Below, piece after piece: positions 25,793 through 26,488 of a DNA stretch of 26,488 nt. A program made the position numbers and the translations under genes. The notes beneath the pieces are model-generated. The model was given only the letters and a program-made list of their open reading frames with translations. It ran no database searches and was not told the origin of the DNA. The number at the start of each line of letters is the position of its first letter. Position 1 is the first letter of the stretch. This DNA is from a virus. The stretch lies in IMG/VR virus record IMGVR_UViG_3300042780_000023; one strand, written 5' to 3'.

Positions 25793-26073
25793 CACCCATC
25801 ACGCTCCTTCAATCCCCAAAACGCCGTTAATATTTCTCCATAATATCTATAGTCTTTTTTATAGTCGAGGTACCTCTTAAACGATTGAACGTATTTCTTT
25901 CTCATAGTATTGGATCTTAGCCAATATGCCTCTCTGATATCTTCTACCGTAATGGCATCTAAGTCTCCGACGTCCCTTTCTACTTTTCTAAGATAGCGGT
26001 AGATAATAGCAATGTAATTTTCTGAATATCGTTCTTTTAGCCAGTCATCGAAAAAAATAGGAATAGAAGGCAT
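25792..26073 (-). CDS. Protein resembling a stand-alone tyrosine-integrase N-terminal SAM-like domain
   Basis: FDDWLKERYSENYIAIIYRYLRKV...DLDAITVEDIREAY...KKYVQSFKRYLDY. Confidence 0.5.
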   Translation of the reverse strand: MPSIPIFFDDWLKERYSENYIAIIYRYLRKVERDVGDLDAITVEDIREAYWLRSNTMRKKYVQSFKRYLDYKKDYRYYGEILTAFWGLKERDG

Positions 26074-26079
26074 TACTGA

Positions 26080-26331
26080 TCACCTTTCTAACATGTATAT
26101 TAATAAATCCAATTGCTTTTCGTCAATTTCTCCATGCTTTACTGATGCTAAGAAATCGTATAACTCGTTAAAGAAAGTAGTTAATGCCGTATCTAATTCT
26201 TCTACGGATTTTTGAATAAACTGGGCGTCTGAAAACATGTAGGTAAAAGATGGAGTTAGTTCTTGGATATTCTCTGAAGCCCTATAAATCTCTGTTAGTT
26301 TTTTATCAAAAAAACTCTTTGTTGGGATCAT
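26080..26331 (-). CDS. Hypothetical helical protein
   Basis: GAGGTGG RBS, ATGA overlap. Confidence 0.65.
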   Translation of the reverse strand: MIPTKSFFDKKLTEIYRASENIQELTPSFTYMFSDAQFIQKSVEELDTALTTFFNELYDFLASVKHGEIDEKQLDLLIYMLER

Positions 26332-26477
26332 AATTCCACCTCAAATTCTTTTACTGTAACAGTTTCAATTTTAGGGTTTAAATGGTATTTTTCCCTTAAT
26401 TCTTGCTCAATTTCTTTTAATTGCTCCATAGTTAATTCTTGGGGTAATTGAGCTATTAAATAGAACCTAACTTCCAT
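26328..26477 (-). CDS. Small hypothetical protein (49 aa; not in ORF track)
   Basis: MEVRFYLIAQLPQELTMEQLKEIEQELREKYHLNPKIETVTVKEFEVEL. The stop overlaps the ATG of the next gene. Confidence 0.55.
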   Translation of the reverse strand: MEVRFYLIAQLPQELTMEQLKEIEQELREKYHLNPKIETVTVKEFEVEL

Positions 26478-26488
26478 CTTTACCAGCC

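Overview
Near-complete genome (or most of the genome) of a head-tail archaeal virus (Caudoviricetes, siphovirus-like), AT-rich. The archaeal host is inferred from a TFB-like gene, BRE/TATA promoters, GGAGGTG-type RBSs and an archaeal Rnl3/Pab1020-type ligase. Two minus-strand early blocks (95-2816 and 24419-26477) bracket a plus-strand block. That block runs: metallophosphoesterase, truncated TFB, ParB-methylase, TerS, TerL, four fibre/adhesin-like genes, portal, MuF, gp10-like, protease-scaffold, MCP, neck, tail tube, chaperone with a -1 frameshift, tape measure, tail tip and membrane proteins. No replicative helicase, primase, polymerase, catalytic integrase, transposase, tRNA or CRISPR array was recognised. 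The most notable observations are: (i) an RNA ligase and a calcineurin-like phosphoesterase driven by mirror-image promoters, a possible RNA-repair anti-defence pair; (ii) three orphan IS200/IS605 right-end hairpins plus a 56-bp long-range inverted repeat, with no TnpA/TnpB; (iii) an early-gene array built from repeated promoter-RBS cassettes; (iv) a half-length TFB just before the late genes. All functional calls come from motif recognition by eye, with no database searches.
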